Positions 1 through 10,377 of a stretch of DNA of 64,000 nt are shown in pieces (position 1 is the first letter of the stretch; each line of letters begins with the position of its first letter). Made by a program: the position numbers and the translations under genes. Where the stretch lies: contig NC_082731.1 of assembly GCF_030144855.1 (NCBI RefSeq), positions 27,466,001-27,530,000 of the forward strand. Reading direction: 5' to 3'. The notes below the pieces were generated by a model. That model was not told the DNA's origin. It saw only the letters and a list, made by a program, of their open reading frames with translations, and made no database searches. The DNA comes from Hypanus sabinus (taxonomy: Eukaryota).

Positions 1-1
1 A

Positions 2-145
2 TGTCAAAGAGCAAAAGGGGACCGAGTGTGTAAATGGTGTACACAAAGTGCAGAGAGCTGCAATGTAAGTGAACTGATGATCGTGCATTGGGAGACGGCC
101 TCAACAACTTCACACAAAACCGACACTAACCCAGAGGACAGGTGA
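2..145 (+). CDS. Candidate 3' part of a Cys-rich secretory exon (short-form IgW tail), truncated by the window start
   Basis: Frame 2 is open from the window edge to TGA at 143-145: CQRAKGDRVCKWCTQSAESCNVSELMIVHWETASTTSHKTDTNPEDR*, with 4 Cys in the first 20 aa. It lies upstream of C3, where short-form IgW/IgX tails are expected. The acceptor is not visible and no canonical AATAAA follows. Confidence 0.3.
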   Translation, partial: CQRAKGDRVCKWCTQSAESCNVSELMIVHWETASTTSHKTDTNPEDR

Positions 146-254
146 CCCAACACTTGATCAAAGAGCTGTTTTATTCATTTATCATTTCCTATCAATCACT
201 GATCGCTCTGGAACTGAGGGACTTGCTGCCTCATTCCTGATGGTGATTCAGGTT

Positions 255-430
255 CAGCCGTGTTGCTGCAGGTCTGGAGTCACAGACCAGCCGGACCAGA
301 TGGGACTTCTCTCTGGAAGTTATCACAGGGAATGACACTACAAATACCTCCGTAGACATCTTTCTATTCCAAAAAGCATTGTTGAATTGAATTTAAACTC
401 CCATCCACCAGGTTGGGATTTGAAACTATT
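255..430 (-). mobile_element. Degenerate elasmobranch tRNA-derived SINE remnant
   Basis: Contains the motifs ggtctggagtcaca..gaccagatggg and gaattgaatttaaactcccat..gggatttgaa, resembling the shark/ray SINE body. A similar copy sits at about 51170-51480. Confidence 0.35.
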
Positions 431-1078
431 TTCCCAGTTCATCAGCCCAGCAACTTAACGACACACTCTGACCATGGCTGCTCATTTCAAGAGAGACAGA
501 GGCTTCAGTGTTTGTAAGCACGAACGCTAAAATCACAAGCACCAGCAAAAGTAGTGCAGGTGTATGAGGGAGCAGAGTTGAGAGAATACGATGTTTTCTG
601 AAGTTTGTGTGGGTTGTAAAGTTTGCAGAGATGGGGAAAGGCACAGCCACAGTAAGACTGGAATGTCGGGATATGGAGTTATTAATCTGAGTGAATCCCA
701 GGCTCAGCCCAGATGGAGAAAGGGATTCTCATTGATTCAGTGTTCATTGTTACTAATCAATGGCACTGAGTCTCCAAGCAAAGAATATACTGAGCTGTGT
801 CTCTGCTGAGAAATCTGCATGCTTCTCTGTCTCACAGAGAACCAATTGGTACAGTTATTAGAAAGGGATTCAAAACCTAATTAGCACATCCTTTGTTCTG
901 ATTTTCTTTTCTGAATCAAAACTTACAGGAATATAAGACACGTGATACAGTCCTGGGTGTTTCTGTTATTCTGTTTACATGAAATGCAGCTGTCATGTAC
1001 TGATGATCTGTCTTGACCTAACACAACCAATAGAAATATCTCCATAAGATTCTGAGCATTTCCATTTCTAATCCACAG

Positions 1079-1381
1079 AATTGTCTGTCTTTATTCAAAA
1101 TCCCGACATTGAAGAGATGTGGATCGACAAGACTGCTACTGTGAAGTGCATGGTTCTCTGTACAGATCCTGAAGATATCCACATCTCTTGGCACGTGGGT
1201 GGGAAGGAGAAAACTAAAGGAATTCACACCCATCAAGCAAAGAGGGACGGGTCCCGATACAGAGTGCTCAGCGAACTCCAGATCAGTGTGGAGGAGTGGT
1301 TCAGTGGGGTGGAGTACGAGTGCTCTGCTCAGGAATCTCCTTCATCATCCCCAGTGTCAGCACGGACCAATAGTACCAAAG
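1079..1381 (+). CDS. IGHW: IgW heavy-chain constant exon (provisional C3)
   Basis: Acceptor ccacag|AA, donor G|gtgggc, 303 bp, phase 1-1. Protein ELSVFIQNPDIEEMW..TATVKC..ISW..SVEEWFSGVEYEC..STK shows the C1-set Cys/Trp/Cys core. Confidence 0.93.
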
Positions 1382-1467
1382 GTGGGCAAGACAACAGCGA
1401 TTAAATGGCCAGCATTATTTAGCTGAGTCAAAATGTTTGACATTTCCTGTTTTCTTGTCTATTCCAG

Positions 1468-1785
1468 TCGAGATAAAAAGTCCCAAGGTCAGACTGCTGC
1501 CTCCACCTCAGGAAGAGACCAAGAATAGGAAAACAGCCACACTGGAGTGTGTGGTCTCTGGATTCTACCCGGACCAAATAAATGTCATCTGGGAGAAACA
1601 CAACACCGTGATCACCTCCAACACCAGCGCTACACCGACTGCTCTGGAGCAGGGGTGGAGTTTCAGTGCCAGACACTTCCTGACTATGAGATTACAGGAG
1701 TGGAATACAGAATCAGTCTTCAGCTGTACAGTGATGCATCTCCCCTCCAACAGCAGTATCAAGAAGCAAGTGAAGAACGTCCTAG
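1468..1785 (+). CDS. IGHW: IgW heavy-chain constant exon (provisional C4)
   Basis: Acceptor attccag|TC, donor G|gtaggg, 318 bp, phase 1-1. Protein PKVRLLPP..ATLECVVSGFYPDQINVIW..EW..FSCTVMH. An 86-bp intron separates it from C3. Confidence 0.93.
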
Positions 1786-1889
1786 GTAGGGTCCTGGGAC
1801 TCACCCCATTATCGAAATTGTTTACATTGTGCTATGAATTCAACACTAAATCCTGGTGCAGCCCTGGTTTATTTATGTGAGGGAACTGA

Positions 1890-2350
1890 TAAAGTTCCAA
1901 GTACATTTATTATCAAAGTCTGTGCACCGTATACAATCTTGAGATTCTCTTCTTGCAGGCAGCCAGAAAACAAAGAAACACAATAGAATTCAGAGTCAAA
2001 CATCAAATGTGTGATAAAGAAAGAAAAAAATGTGTAAACAATAAAAAAATACAAACAAACAATCCACAGAACCTGAACCACCGAGTCCCCTAAAGTAAAT
2101 CCACAGCCACGTCACCAGTTCAGCACTGCAACTGGTCCAGGAGACCGATGGCTACAGGCCACGGCCACGGAGCCAGGCTCAGTGCTGAGGTGAGTGCTGA
2201 TGGCTGCAAGCTGCAGCTGCAGGGTCATTTCAGTGCTGAGGTGAGGGAAGCCTCATAGAGTAGTGAGATGAATACCGGTTTGTCCATTGCCTCACCCTCA
2301 ATGCCTTCATATTTGTAATCCCTCTTGGCACTTAAATCGGCCAATAAATC
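1890..2350. repeat. Unclassified interspersed repeat with short internal direct repeats
   Basis: Starts with an aagttccaagtacatttattatcaaag-type head, has an A-rich stretch and a repeated cagtgctgaggtgag motif. Family not identified. Confidence 0.3.
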
Positions 2351-3114
2351 GGTTTGTTTTCCACTCTCAACCAACATAATCCACATTTTCACCATTTAAA
2401 CAATAGTATACCAGAAAATACTTCCATAACTGGAGGAGATTCCAGATCATTTCACTGGACCGACACTCTGGAAATCGCTGATACTCATCTTCAAAATGCT
2501 CCCGCCCTCTGCCTTTGAACATCATCCCAGCCCCTGATTAGTGTCACAGTTGTGACTGAATTTCCAGCAGAGCAGCTCTCCCTCTGCTCTTGTGTGGGAA
2601 TACTCAGCCTGGACAATGTGTAGAAGCCTTTGAGGGTGACTTGAACACACAAATTTCTGACAACGCAGCAGCAAATGTTCGTTCCACCTTAGAGAAAAAC
2701 AGTGTATTTAATATTTGTGACAAATCTAAATATTTCTCATAAATTTTGAAATATGAAGTGTATTTTCTGGAAGATTTTCATGTGAAAATTTGCTCTGTTT
2801 CCTGTTTCACCGACTCACTCTGAAAAACTGGGGATTTTCGGTATTTGTTTTAATAAGTGGCTGGTAACAGTTTAAGTGACCATGAAACTACAAGAACAAT
2901 GTAAGGGCCAATCTTGTTCATTTACGTTCCCTCAGGGTGTTTACCCTGTCTACTCAATAGGGGAGATTCCTTTCTTCACCAATGTGGATTGGTCTCATCT
3001 CATCTTGATGCGACTGGCAAATCATTGACAGAGATGAACAGAAATGCTGGTCTTGTCAGTGACAAACTCATCCATTGGGGAATGGTGAAATAATAATTGT
3101 GACATTTCTCCCAG

Positions 3115-3435
3115 ATGACTGTCCAGATACCCACCCCTCAGTCACTTTAAGCAAACCATCCTTCGAAGAGATTTGGACAAAGAGGACAGCAATCATTCTG
3201 TGTGAGGTGGTTCACAGTGATTTACAGGGATTCAGTGTAACCTGGCAGGTGGACGGAAGGAAGAGGGAAGATGGGGTGATGACTCTGGATCCAGACAGCA
3301 ACGGAGGTGAAGACAAGATCACCAGCAGACTGACAGTCCCTGCTGCAGAGTGGAACAGTGGGGCTGAGTTCTCATGTGTGATAGAGGACGAGAGTTTGCC
3401 AACACCAGTGAAGAAATCCATCAAGAAGGACACAG
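3115..3435 (+). CDS. IGHW: IgW heavy-chain constant exon (provisional C5)
   Basis: Acceptor ttctcccag|AT, donor G|gtacgt, 321 bp, phase 1-1. Protein PSVTLSKPSFEEIW..AIILCEV..VTWQVDG..SRLTVPAAEWNSGAEFSCVI. Confidence 0.93.
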
Positions 3436-3499
3436 GTACGTGTGGACAGAATTCAGTGTGAGTCTGATCTCAGCAATTGGACAGATTTATCACCATCCC

Positions 3500-3735
3500 A
3501 CAATGTGATAGACGATAGAAAATGAGAACAGCAGCAGGCCATTGGGTCTCTCGATCTGAACCATTCAGTCTGGTTTCGGCTGATCATCCAAACTCAATCC
3601 CTATTCCTATTTTCTCCAGATATCCTTTGACCCATTCACATGAAGAAGTATATACAACCCATTCGAGAATGTATTAGACGATAAGTATTCAAGTGCTTTC
3701 TGTGGCAGAGAGTTCCACAGGTTCTCACTCCCTCT
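3500..3735 (-). mobile_element. CR1 LINE 3'-end fragment
   Basis: ttctgtggcagagagttccacaggttctcactc and the atatcctttgaccc/ggccattggg motifs match the CR1 3' termini seen elsewhere in the window. Confidence 0.55.
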
Positions 3736-4080
3736 ACACGTACACAGCTGAGACTGCCACCCCTGCTCCAGGGGAGATGGAACAAACAGCACAGGGTGAT
3801 GCAAGTCCAGGGGCTGAGTTCCACTTTCTGTTGAGTTGCTGTGTTCAGCGAGTTCCATTGATTGAACTGAATGGACTAACCTCGCTGGAAGCTGTAAAAT
3901 GCAGTAGGTTCAAGATTTCACAAATCCCATTGATGAGCAGAAAGGGAAAAGCCTTTAGTTTCAGATAAAGTGAAGCCTCTCAGATTTAGAAATTGTTCTT
4001 GTTGGTACAAGACCAGAATGTATTGGGTAAGGAGGGAATTATTGGAAGATTCATTCTAACAGAGATTCTCTCTGTTCCAG

Positions 4081-4466
4081 GTGATGTTGTGACTCACCCT
4101 CACGTCTACCTCCTCCCCCCTTCATCAGATGAGGTAGACACCGATCAGACTGTGACCTTGATGTGTCTGGTCACCAAGTTCTCTCCCGTAGACATCTATG
4201 TGGTCTGGATGGCCAATGACACCCTTCTGAAGACAGTGTTTGTGAACCAGCCAGTGACCAAGGACCCCAGGAAAGGCTGGAACACAATGACCAGTCAGCT
4301 GAAGGTTTCTCCTGAGGAGTGGAAGAGCGGCACCACTTTCTCCTGTGTGGTGGGTCATGAGTCGCTCACAACCAACCTGTTCCGAAGCATCAATAAATCT
4401 CACAGCAAACCCACCCTGGTCAATGTCTCACTTGTTCTGACTGATAGTTTTAAATCTTGTGTGTAA
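4081..4466 (+). CDS. IGHW: IgW terminal constant exon (provisional C6) with secretory tailpiece
   Basis: Acceptor tctctgttccag|GT. Protein HPHVYLLPPSSDE..VTLMCLVTKFSPVDIYVVW..EEWKSGTTFSCVVGHESL..RSINKSH followed by tailpiece SKPTLVNVSLVLTDSFKSCV* (NVS sequon, penultimate Cys). The tail is closer to IgW than to IgNAR or IgM as I recall those sequences. Confidence 0.93.
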
Positions 4467-4544
4467 CATTATGTGATTCAATCCATGTAACCCTAGTTTT
4501 GTTAGTTTTATCATTATTAATTCTCACAGAGGATTATTTAGCTG

Positions 4545-4755
4545 ATTAAAACATGATTAAAATCTGGACCTTTCAAAATAATTAAGAATGAAATTAAGAT
4601 CAAGAACCAAATTAAACTACAAACAAGATTCACCATAGATCTGAGTTTGTGTGTACACTCTCAGACCTTTTGCCACATTTGAATGCATATCATCCCTGTG
4701 TGGTACTGCAGAATGTATTACATCTTTGTCAATGTACCGATCCAAGTTCAATAAA
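4545..4755 (+). terminator. Poly(A) signal cluster of the long secreted form
   Basis: ATTAAA at 4545, 4556 and 4611. AATAAA at 4750-4755 is followed by GU/U-rich tgtgatgtg..gtttt..tttttgg. Confidence 0.7.
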
Positions 4756-5189
4756 TGTGATGTGAAAATGTTTTAACTGTCATTTTTGGAGACGGGAATT
4801 AAGGAACCTTCGACATGAGGTGTGGTAGGTGACACACACTCGAGGAGAAATAGCTATCTTTGTATCTATGGTGTCTAAACCCTTCCTACACCAGGAGTCC
4901 CAGTGATCTGTTGTCAACTAATGGTCAGAGAAATTAGAACCTACGGCATCTGACAAAGAGGTGAGAGTGCCAATCACTGACCAGACAATATACTTGTGTC
5001 AAAGATGTCAGATCACTGTTTGAGGGCTCCTTTTCCCCACTAACTTTGCTGCTCCTCATCTGGTGCCTGTGTGTCACTAACTAAATGAAACATATCATTG
5101 TTGGAAACTGTTCAGTTGCAATGGTGCAGTTAAACATCTGTCTGTCAGGGCAGATGGTTTGCATCTGTACTGAAGGGGAATAATATCCT

Positions 5190-7990
5190 CACAGGAATGT
5201 TTACTAATGCTACATGGGGGGTGCGGGTCGGGGCTGTTTAAACTAGAGTTGCAGGGGACCAGAGGGTCAGGACAGGTAGTGGAGAGGTTCTGGAGATAGA
5301 TGTCAGGAATTAAACAGTTGAGCACGGTGTGAGCAATGTTCTCAGCTTTGTACATTTCAAAGCAAGTATTTTACAGGGAAGGCAAATGAGCTCATGTCAT
5401 AGATTAACATAAGGAATTAAGATACTGCAGACATCAGTGAGACTTGGTTGCAGGAGAGGCAGGACTGGCAGCTCAATATTCCAGAGTTCCATTGTTTTAG
5501 ACACATCAGTGCAGCAGGGATTAAAGGGGAGGGATGGCATTACTAGTCAGGGAAATTGTCACAGCAGTGATCAGTCAGGAGAGACTGGAGAACTCCTCTA
5601 TTTAGGCTTTATGGGTGGAAATGAGGAATAAAAAAAGGTATGACCACATTAATGGGCCTATATTAAAGACCAACCAACAGTCTACAGGATTTAGAGGTAC
5701 ACATTTGTAGGGAGATCGCAGACTGTTGCAAAAAACGTAAGGTTGTGATGGTAGGTCATTTCAACTTTCCGCATATTGACTCAGACTCCTATTCTATAAA
5801 AGGGATGGAGTTTGTGAAATGTACACAGGAAAGTTTCCTTAATCGGCATGGAGAAGTCCCACCAAGAGTGTGTGGAATACTCGATGTCTTTTTAGGGAAT
5901 GAGACAGGGCAGCTGACAGAAGATTGTATAAGGGAACACTTTGCATCTACTGATCAAAATACAATTAGTTTCAAAAGAAATACGGAAAAGATAAATCTGG
6001 TTCACAGGTTCAGATTCTAAATTGGAGAAAGGCCAATTTTGATGGTATCAGAAAGGATCTGGCAAGTGTGAGTTGGGACAGGCTGTTTTCTGGTAAAGGT
6101 GTTCTCGGTAAGTGGGAAGCCTTCAAATGTGAAATTTTGAGAGCACATTGCTTGTATGTGCCTGTCAGAATAAAAGGCAATGATGACAGGTTTAGGGAGC
6201 CTTGGTCTTCAAGAGATATTGAGGCCCTGGTGAAGAAGAAAAAGGAAGTGCTCAGCAGGGTCAGGCAGGTTGGAACAAATGAGGTACTTATGGGGTATAA
6301 GAAATGTAAGAAAACCGCTAAGAAAGAAATAAGAAGAGCTAAAGGAATGGACGAGGTTGCCCTAGCAGGCAAAGTGAAGGAGAATCCTTAGGGATTTGAC
6401 AGGTATGTCAAGGTGAGGCAGTAAATTTGATTGAATATTAGCTTAGTGGGAGAAATCAGAGATGGTAGCACATGGTTGCTTCTCTGACTGGAGGCCTGTG
6501 ACTGGTGGCATTTCGCAGGGCTTGGTGCTGTGTCCATTGTTTGTTATCTGAATCAATGCTCTAGATGATTATATAGTTAACTTGATCAGCAAATTTGTAA
6601 CTGACACCAAGATTGTGGGGGGAGGGGGGTGGTGGAGTGGACAGCAAGGAAGACTATGGGAGCTTGCAGTGGGATATGGACCAGATGGTAAAATAGCAGA
6701 TGGAATTTAATGCAGGCAAGTGTGAAGTGTTGCAGTTTGGTAGGACCAACCAGGGTAGGTCTTACACAGTGAACGATAGGACACTGAGGAGTGTGGTAGA
6801 ACAAAGGGATCTGGGAATACAGGTCCATAATTCATTGAAAATGGAGGCACAGGTAGATAGGATCATAAACAAAACCACAAGATATTGTGTATAATGTGTC
6901 ATAAACAAGACACATTGTTCTTCATAAATCAAAATACTGAGTTCAGGAGATGGGAAATTATCTTAAAGTTGTATAAGACATTTGTGAGGCCGAACTTGGA
7001 ATACAGTTTGCAGTTACTAACCTACAGGAAGGATGTAAGTAAGTTTGAAAGAGTACAGAGGAAGTTTAAAAGGATTCTACCAGGACTGGAGAAACTGTTG
7101 GACAGAGGTTAGGACTTTATTCCTTGTAATGTAGAAGATTGAGGGGAGATTTGATGGGGGTATACAAAATTATCAGGGGTATAGGTACGGTAAATGCAAT
7201 CATGCTTTTTCCACTGAGGATGGGAGGAACGCCAACTAGAGATTGTGGGTTAAAGGTGAAAGGTGAAATGTTAAAGGAGAACACAAGGTAAACGTCTTCA
7301 CTCAGATATTTGTGTGAGTGTGGAATGAGCTGCCAGAGAAATCGGTGCTTTCAAACTTGATTTCAATGTTTAAGAGAAGTTTTGATGGTTACATGGATGG
7401 GAGGTGTATGGAGGGCGATGGTCTGGGTGCAAGTCAATGGGACTTGGCAGTGTAAATGGCTCAGCACAGATTAGATGGGCTGAAAGGCCTGTCTCTGGGC
7501 TGTACTCTTCTATGACTCAATGGGCAGAAAAATGGCAGATGGAATTTAAGTGTGATGTGTTGCATTTGGCCTCCACAAATCTAGGTATTGTGTACAGGAG
7601 ATTGGATGTTATGTTGAATTTGTATAAGACATTGCTGAGGCTAAATTTGGAGTGTAGTTACATGAATGTATGGGGTATGAATGGCTATGGTTTGGGTGCA
7701 AGTCAATGGGACTAGCCAGTTTAAATACTAGATGGGCCAAAGGGCTTGCTTCTGTAACTGAAGTGACTGTCAGACAGTGACCGAGGCCAGACTGTCTGTG
7801 TCTACATTGCTTGGAGTTTAGAAGAATCTGGGATTTCTGGACTCAAACATATCAGATATAAAAGGGGCACAAGAGGGTTGATGTTGAGAGATTGCCACCT
7901 GTCAGAGAGCAACAACTAAGGGGACATAGTTATGAAATAAGGATCCGGACATTTGAAACTGAGGTGCAGAGAAATTTCTTCTCGCAGAGG
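5190..7990 (+). mobile_element. Degenerate CR1 LINE (ORF2: APE endonuclease and RT fragments) plus adjoining CR1 pieces
   Basis: ORF fragments VGHFNFPHID..FVKCTQESFL, WDRLFSGKGV..WEAFK..EPW, MEFNAGKCEVLQFGRTN and RPNLEYS..ERVQRKFKRILPG. Many stops and frameshifts. Confidence 0.85.
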
Positions 7991-8374
7991 GAAAAAATCC
8001 CCAGAAATCTCAGCCCAGAGCATGGAATCTGATGGTCTGCACTTTCTCCTGTTTTCTTTTCTTCTTGTGAGTTCAGTGGAGACAGAGACAGAGAAAATTG
8101 CAAGAAGAGACAAAGGATGAGATCAGAACTATGCAAATAAAGAAACAGTGTGAATGTTTGAAGAGAGAAGGCAGAGGACAAACTGAGTGGCTAAAGCAGA
8201 GACAGACAGTCCCAGAAAGAGACACAGGGAGGCCTTCAAAGGAATTATTGGCATTGGTGCCCTTCGAACAGGACCTCACCATCAGTGTGTCTTCACACTA
8301 TCTCTCTTACTCTATGCAGGACACAGAACATGTTATGTGATCCACAATGTGCCTAACATTCTGCGGAACTCCAA

Positions 8375-9010
8375 AAGACCAGAAGACCAGAAGGCATAGG
8401 AGCAGAATTAGGCCATCTGGCCCATCGATTCTGCTCCACCATTCAATCATAGCTGATCCTTTTTTCTCTCCTCTACAATCCCTATGCTCAGCCTTCTTTC
8501 CATAACCTTTGATGCCATGTCCAATCAAGAACTTATCAATTTCTGCCTTAAATACACCCAACGATCTAGCCTCCACAGCTGGATGTGGCAACAAATTCCA
8601 CAAATTCACCACACTTTGGCTAAAGAACTTTTTCCACATCTGTTTTGAAAGGGCGCATCTCTATCCTGAGGCTGTGCCCTGTTGTCCTAGACTCTCCCAC
8701 CATGTGAAACACCCTTTCCACATCTACTCTGTCTAGGCCTTTCAACATTCAAAAGGTTTTAATGAGATCCTCCCTCATCCTTCTGAATTCCAGCAAGTAC
8801 AGACCCAGAGCCAGCAAACGTTCCTCTTATGATAACCTTTTCATTCCTGGAATAATCCTTGTGAACCTCCTCGGACCCTCTCCAATGCTAGCACATCTTT
8901 TCTAAGATGAGGGGCCCAAAACCATTCACAATACTCAAGGTGAGGCCTCACTGGTGCTTTATAAAGCCGCAGCATCACGTCCTTGCTCTTGTATTCTTGT
9001 ACTCCTTATA
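8375..9010 (-). mobile_element. CR1 LINE 3' fragment
   Basis: FFSQSVVNLWNLLP..VEARSLGVFKAEIDKFL..GIKGYG on the minus strand, with a CR1 3' UTR. Confidence 0.85.
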
Positions 9011-10377
9011 CACGTTTGTGCTCAAGCGACTGGAACCGTGACACCAGGTCTGATTCAATGTAGAGTGTTTTGTATTTCTCACTTGAGTCAAACACAGCAG
9101 CTTTATTGTTGGGTCAGAGATTAGCTGTTATTCCCGGATAGTGATTAAGAACAGTTCCTCCCAGGTCGACCCAATGAGAGGATTAGTGTGTGGAAGTGTT
9201 AGTGTAACCAATCAAAGATGAATAGAGGAAACGCAAAATGGTATAATTGTGAGTATTCCACAATGTTGGTGTGTTTAGAGAGAGAGTAATTCATAAGTAC
9301 AGACGTGAGGTGTGGTTGGTGATTTTGAGTCCATGGTGACCAACCCCTTCTACCAGGATTAGCTTTAATATTACCATCATTTGTCATAAAACTTGTTGTT
9401 TTGCTGCCGCAGTACATTGCAATACTTAATAATAAAAAGCAATAAATCCCTATATGAAATAAATATAAAAATAAATTAAGTAAGTAGTGCAAAACAAGAA
9501 GAAAAAATAGTGAGCTAATGTTCATGGATTCATTGTCCATTTAGGAGGGGAAGAAGCTGTTCCTCAAATGCTGAGTGTGTCTTCAGGCTCTTGTACCTCC
9601 TCCTTGAAAGTGGCAATCAGAAGAGGGCAGCTCCTTGGTGGTAGGAGACCTGAATGACGAATGGTGCCTTCTTGAGCCATCGCCTGTTGAAGGTGTCATT
9701 GATACTGGGGAAGTTAGTGTCCATGATGGAGCTGGCTGAGTTTACAACTTTCTGCAGCTTTTTCTGATGGTAATGCAATCAGAATACTCTCCATGGTACA
9801 TCTGTAGAAATCCGTGATAGTCTTTATCACGGATATAAACACAGAACCACAATAACATCTCCGATATCACCAACATTCATTTAAAGAGAAGAGAGGGGCA
9901 CCACCCGAGGCAGAGAGGCTGACCCGCCTGTCACAGCGAGCCACACAGCAATAGTTGGCTCACAGAATCCATCTCCAGCACCGATCAAAAGACAGGCAAT
10001 TGGCCCTGAAACTTTCGCTCGCTTAATGGCACTTTATTTTTTTTTATTAGTTTTTTTTTATACATTTTCTACATTGCTACAGATAAAAAACCCAGATCAA
10101 AATGAAGAACATTAATACAGTGCAAAAATAAACATACAATAATAATATGGTACAAAAAAAATAACTGAGAAAGCACCCAAATTGAAGACATGTAAAATTA
10201 ATATCCTCCCCAAGTCCCGCAACAAAAAAAAAACTTCAGACCAACCACAACACAATATAGAGAATGTAAATCAGGACAATCAAACCCCCAAAACTGTAAG
10301 TACATTTAGCAACAGAAGATATTAATGCCTACTACCAAAAAAAAAGGAGCTGAAAGCAAGGGACCGGGAAAAAAACC

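Noticed and set aside
62-70. Perfect GTAAGT donor inside the Cys-rich frame at the window start
   Set aside because: It would be phase 0 in the only open frame, which is incompatible with the phase-1 C exons.
1786-1880. Read-through tails after C4 (GRVLGLTPL..CSPGLFM*) and after C4' (GMILRFTPL..QGQ*, 18393-18466) as secretory tails
   Set aside because: Both begin at good GT donors, their similarity is just intron homology, and there is no convincing nearby poly(A) signal outside repeats.
4392-4397. AATAAA inside the C6 coding sequence
   Set aside because: It encodes Ile-Asn-Lys and lacks a downstream GU-rich element; probably incidental.
1079-4466. Assignment of the constant exons to IgNAR or IgM instead of IgW
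   Set aside because: The tailpiece SKPTLVNVSLVLTDSFKSCV, the missing G|GTAAA donor and the domain series fit IgW better from recall. IgNAR C2-C5 are homologous, so a BLAST or phylogeny is still needed for certainty.
8131-8138. Octamer ATGCAAAT as an Ig enhancer or promoter element
   Set aside because: Single motif with no supporting cluster. Several other octamers occur inside L1 and CR1 copies, about as many as chance predicts in 64 kb.
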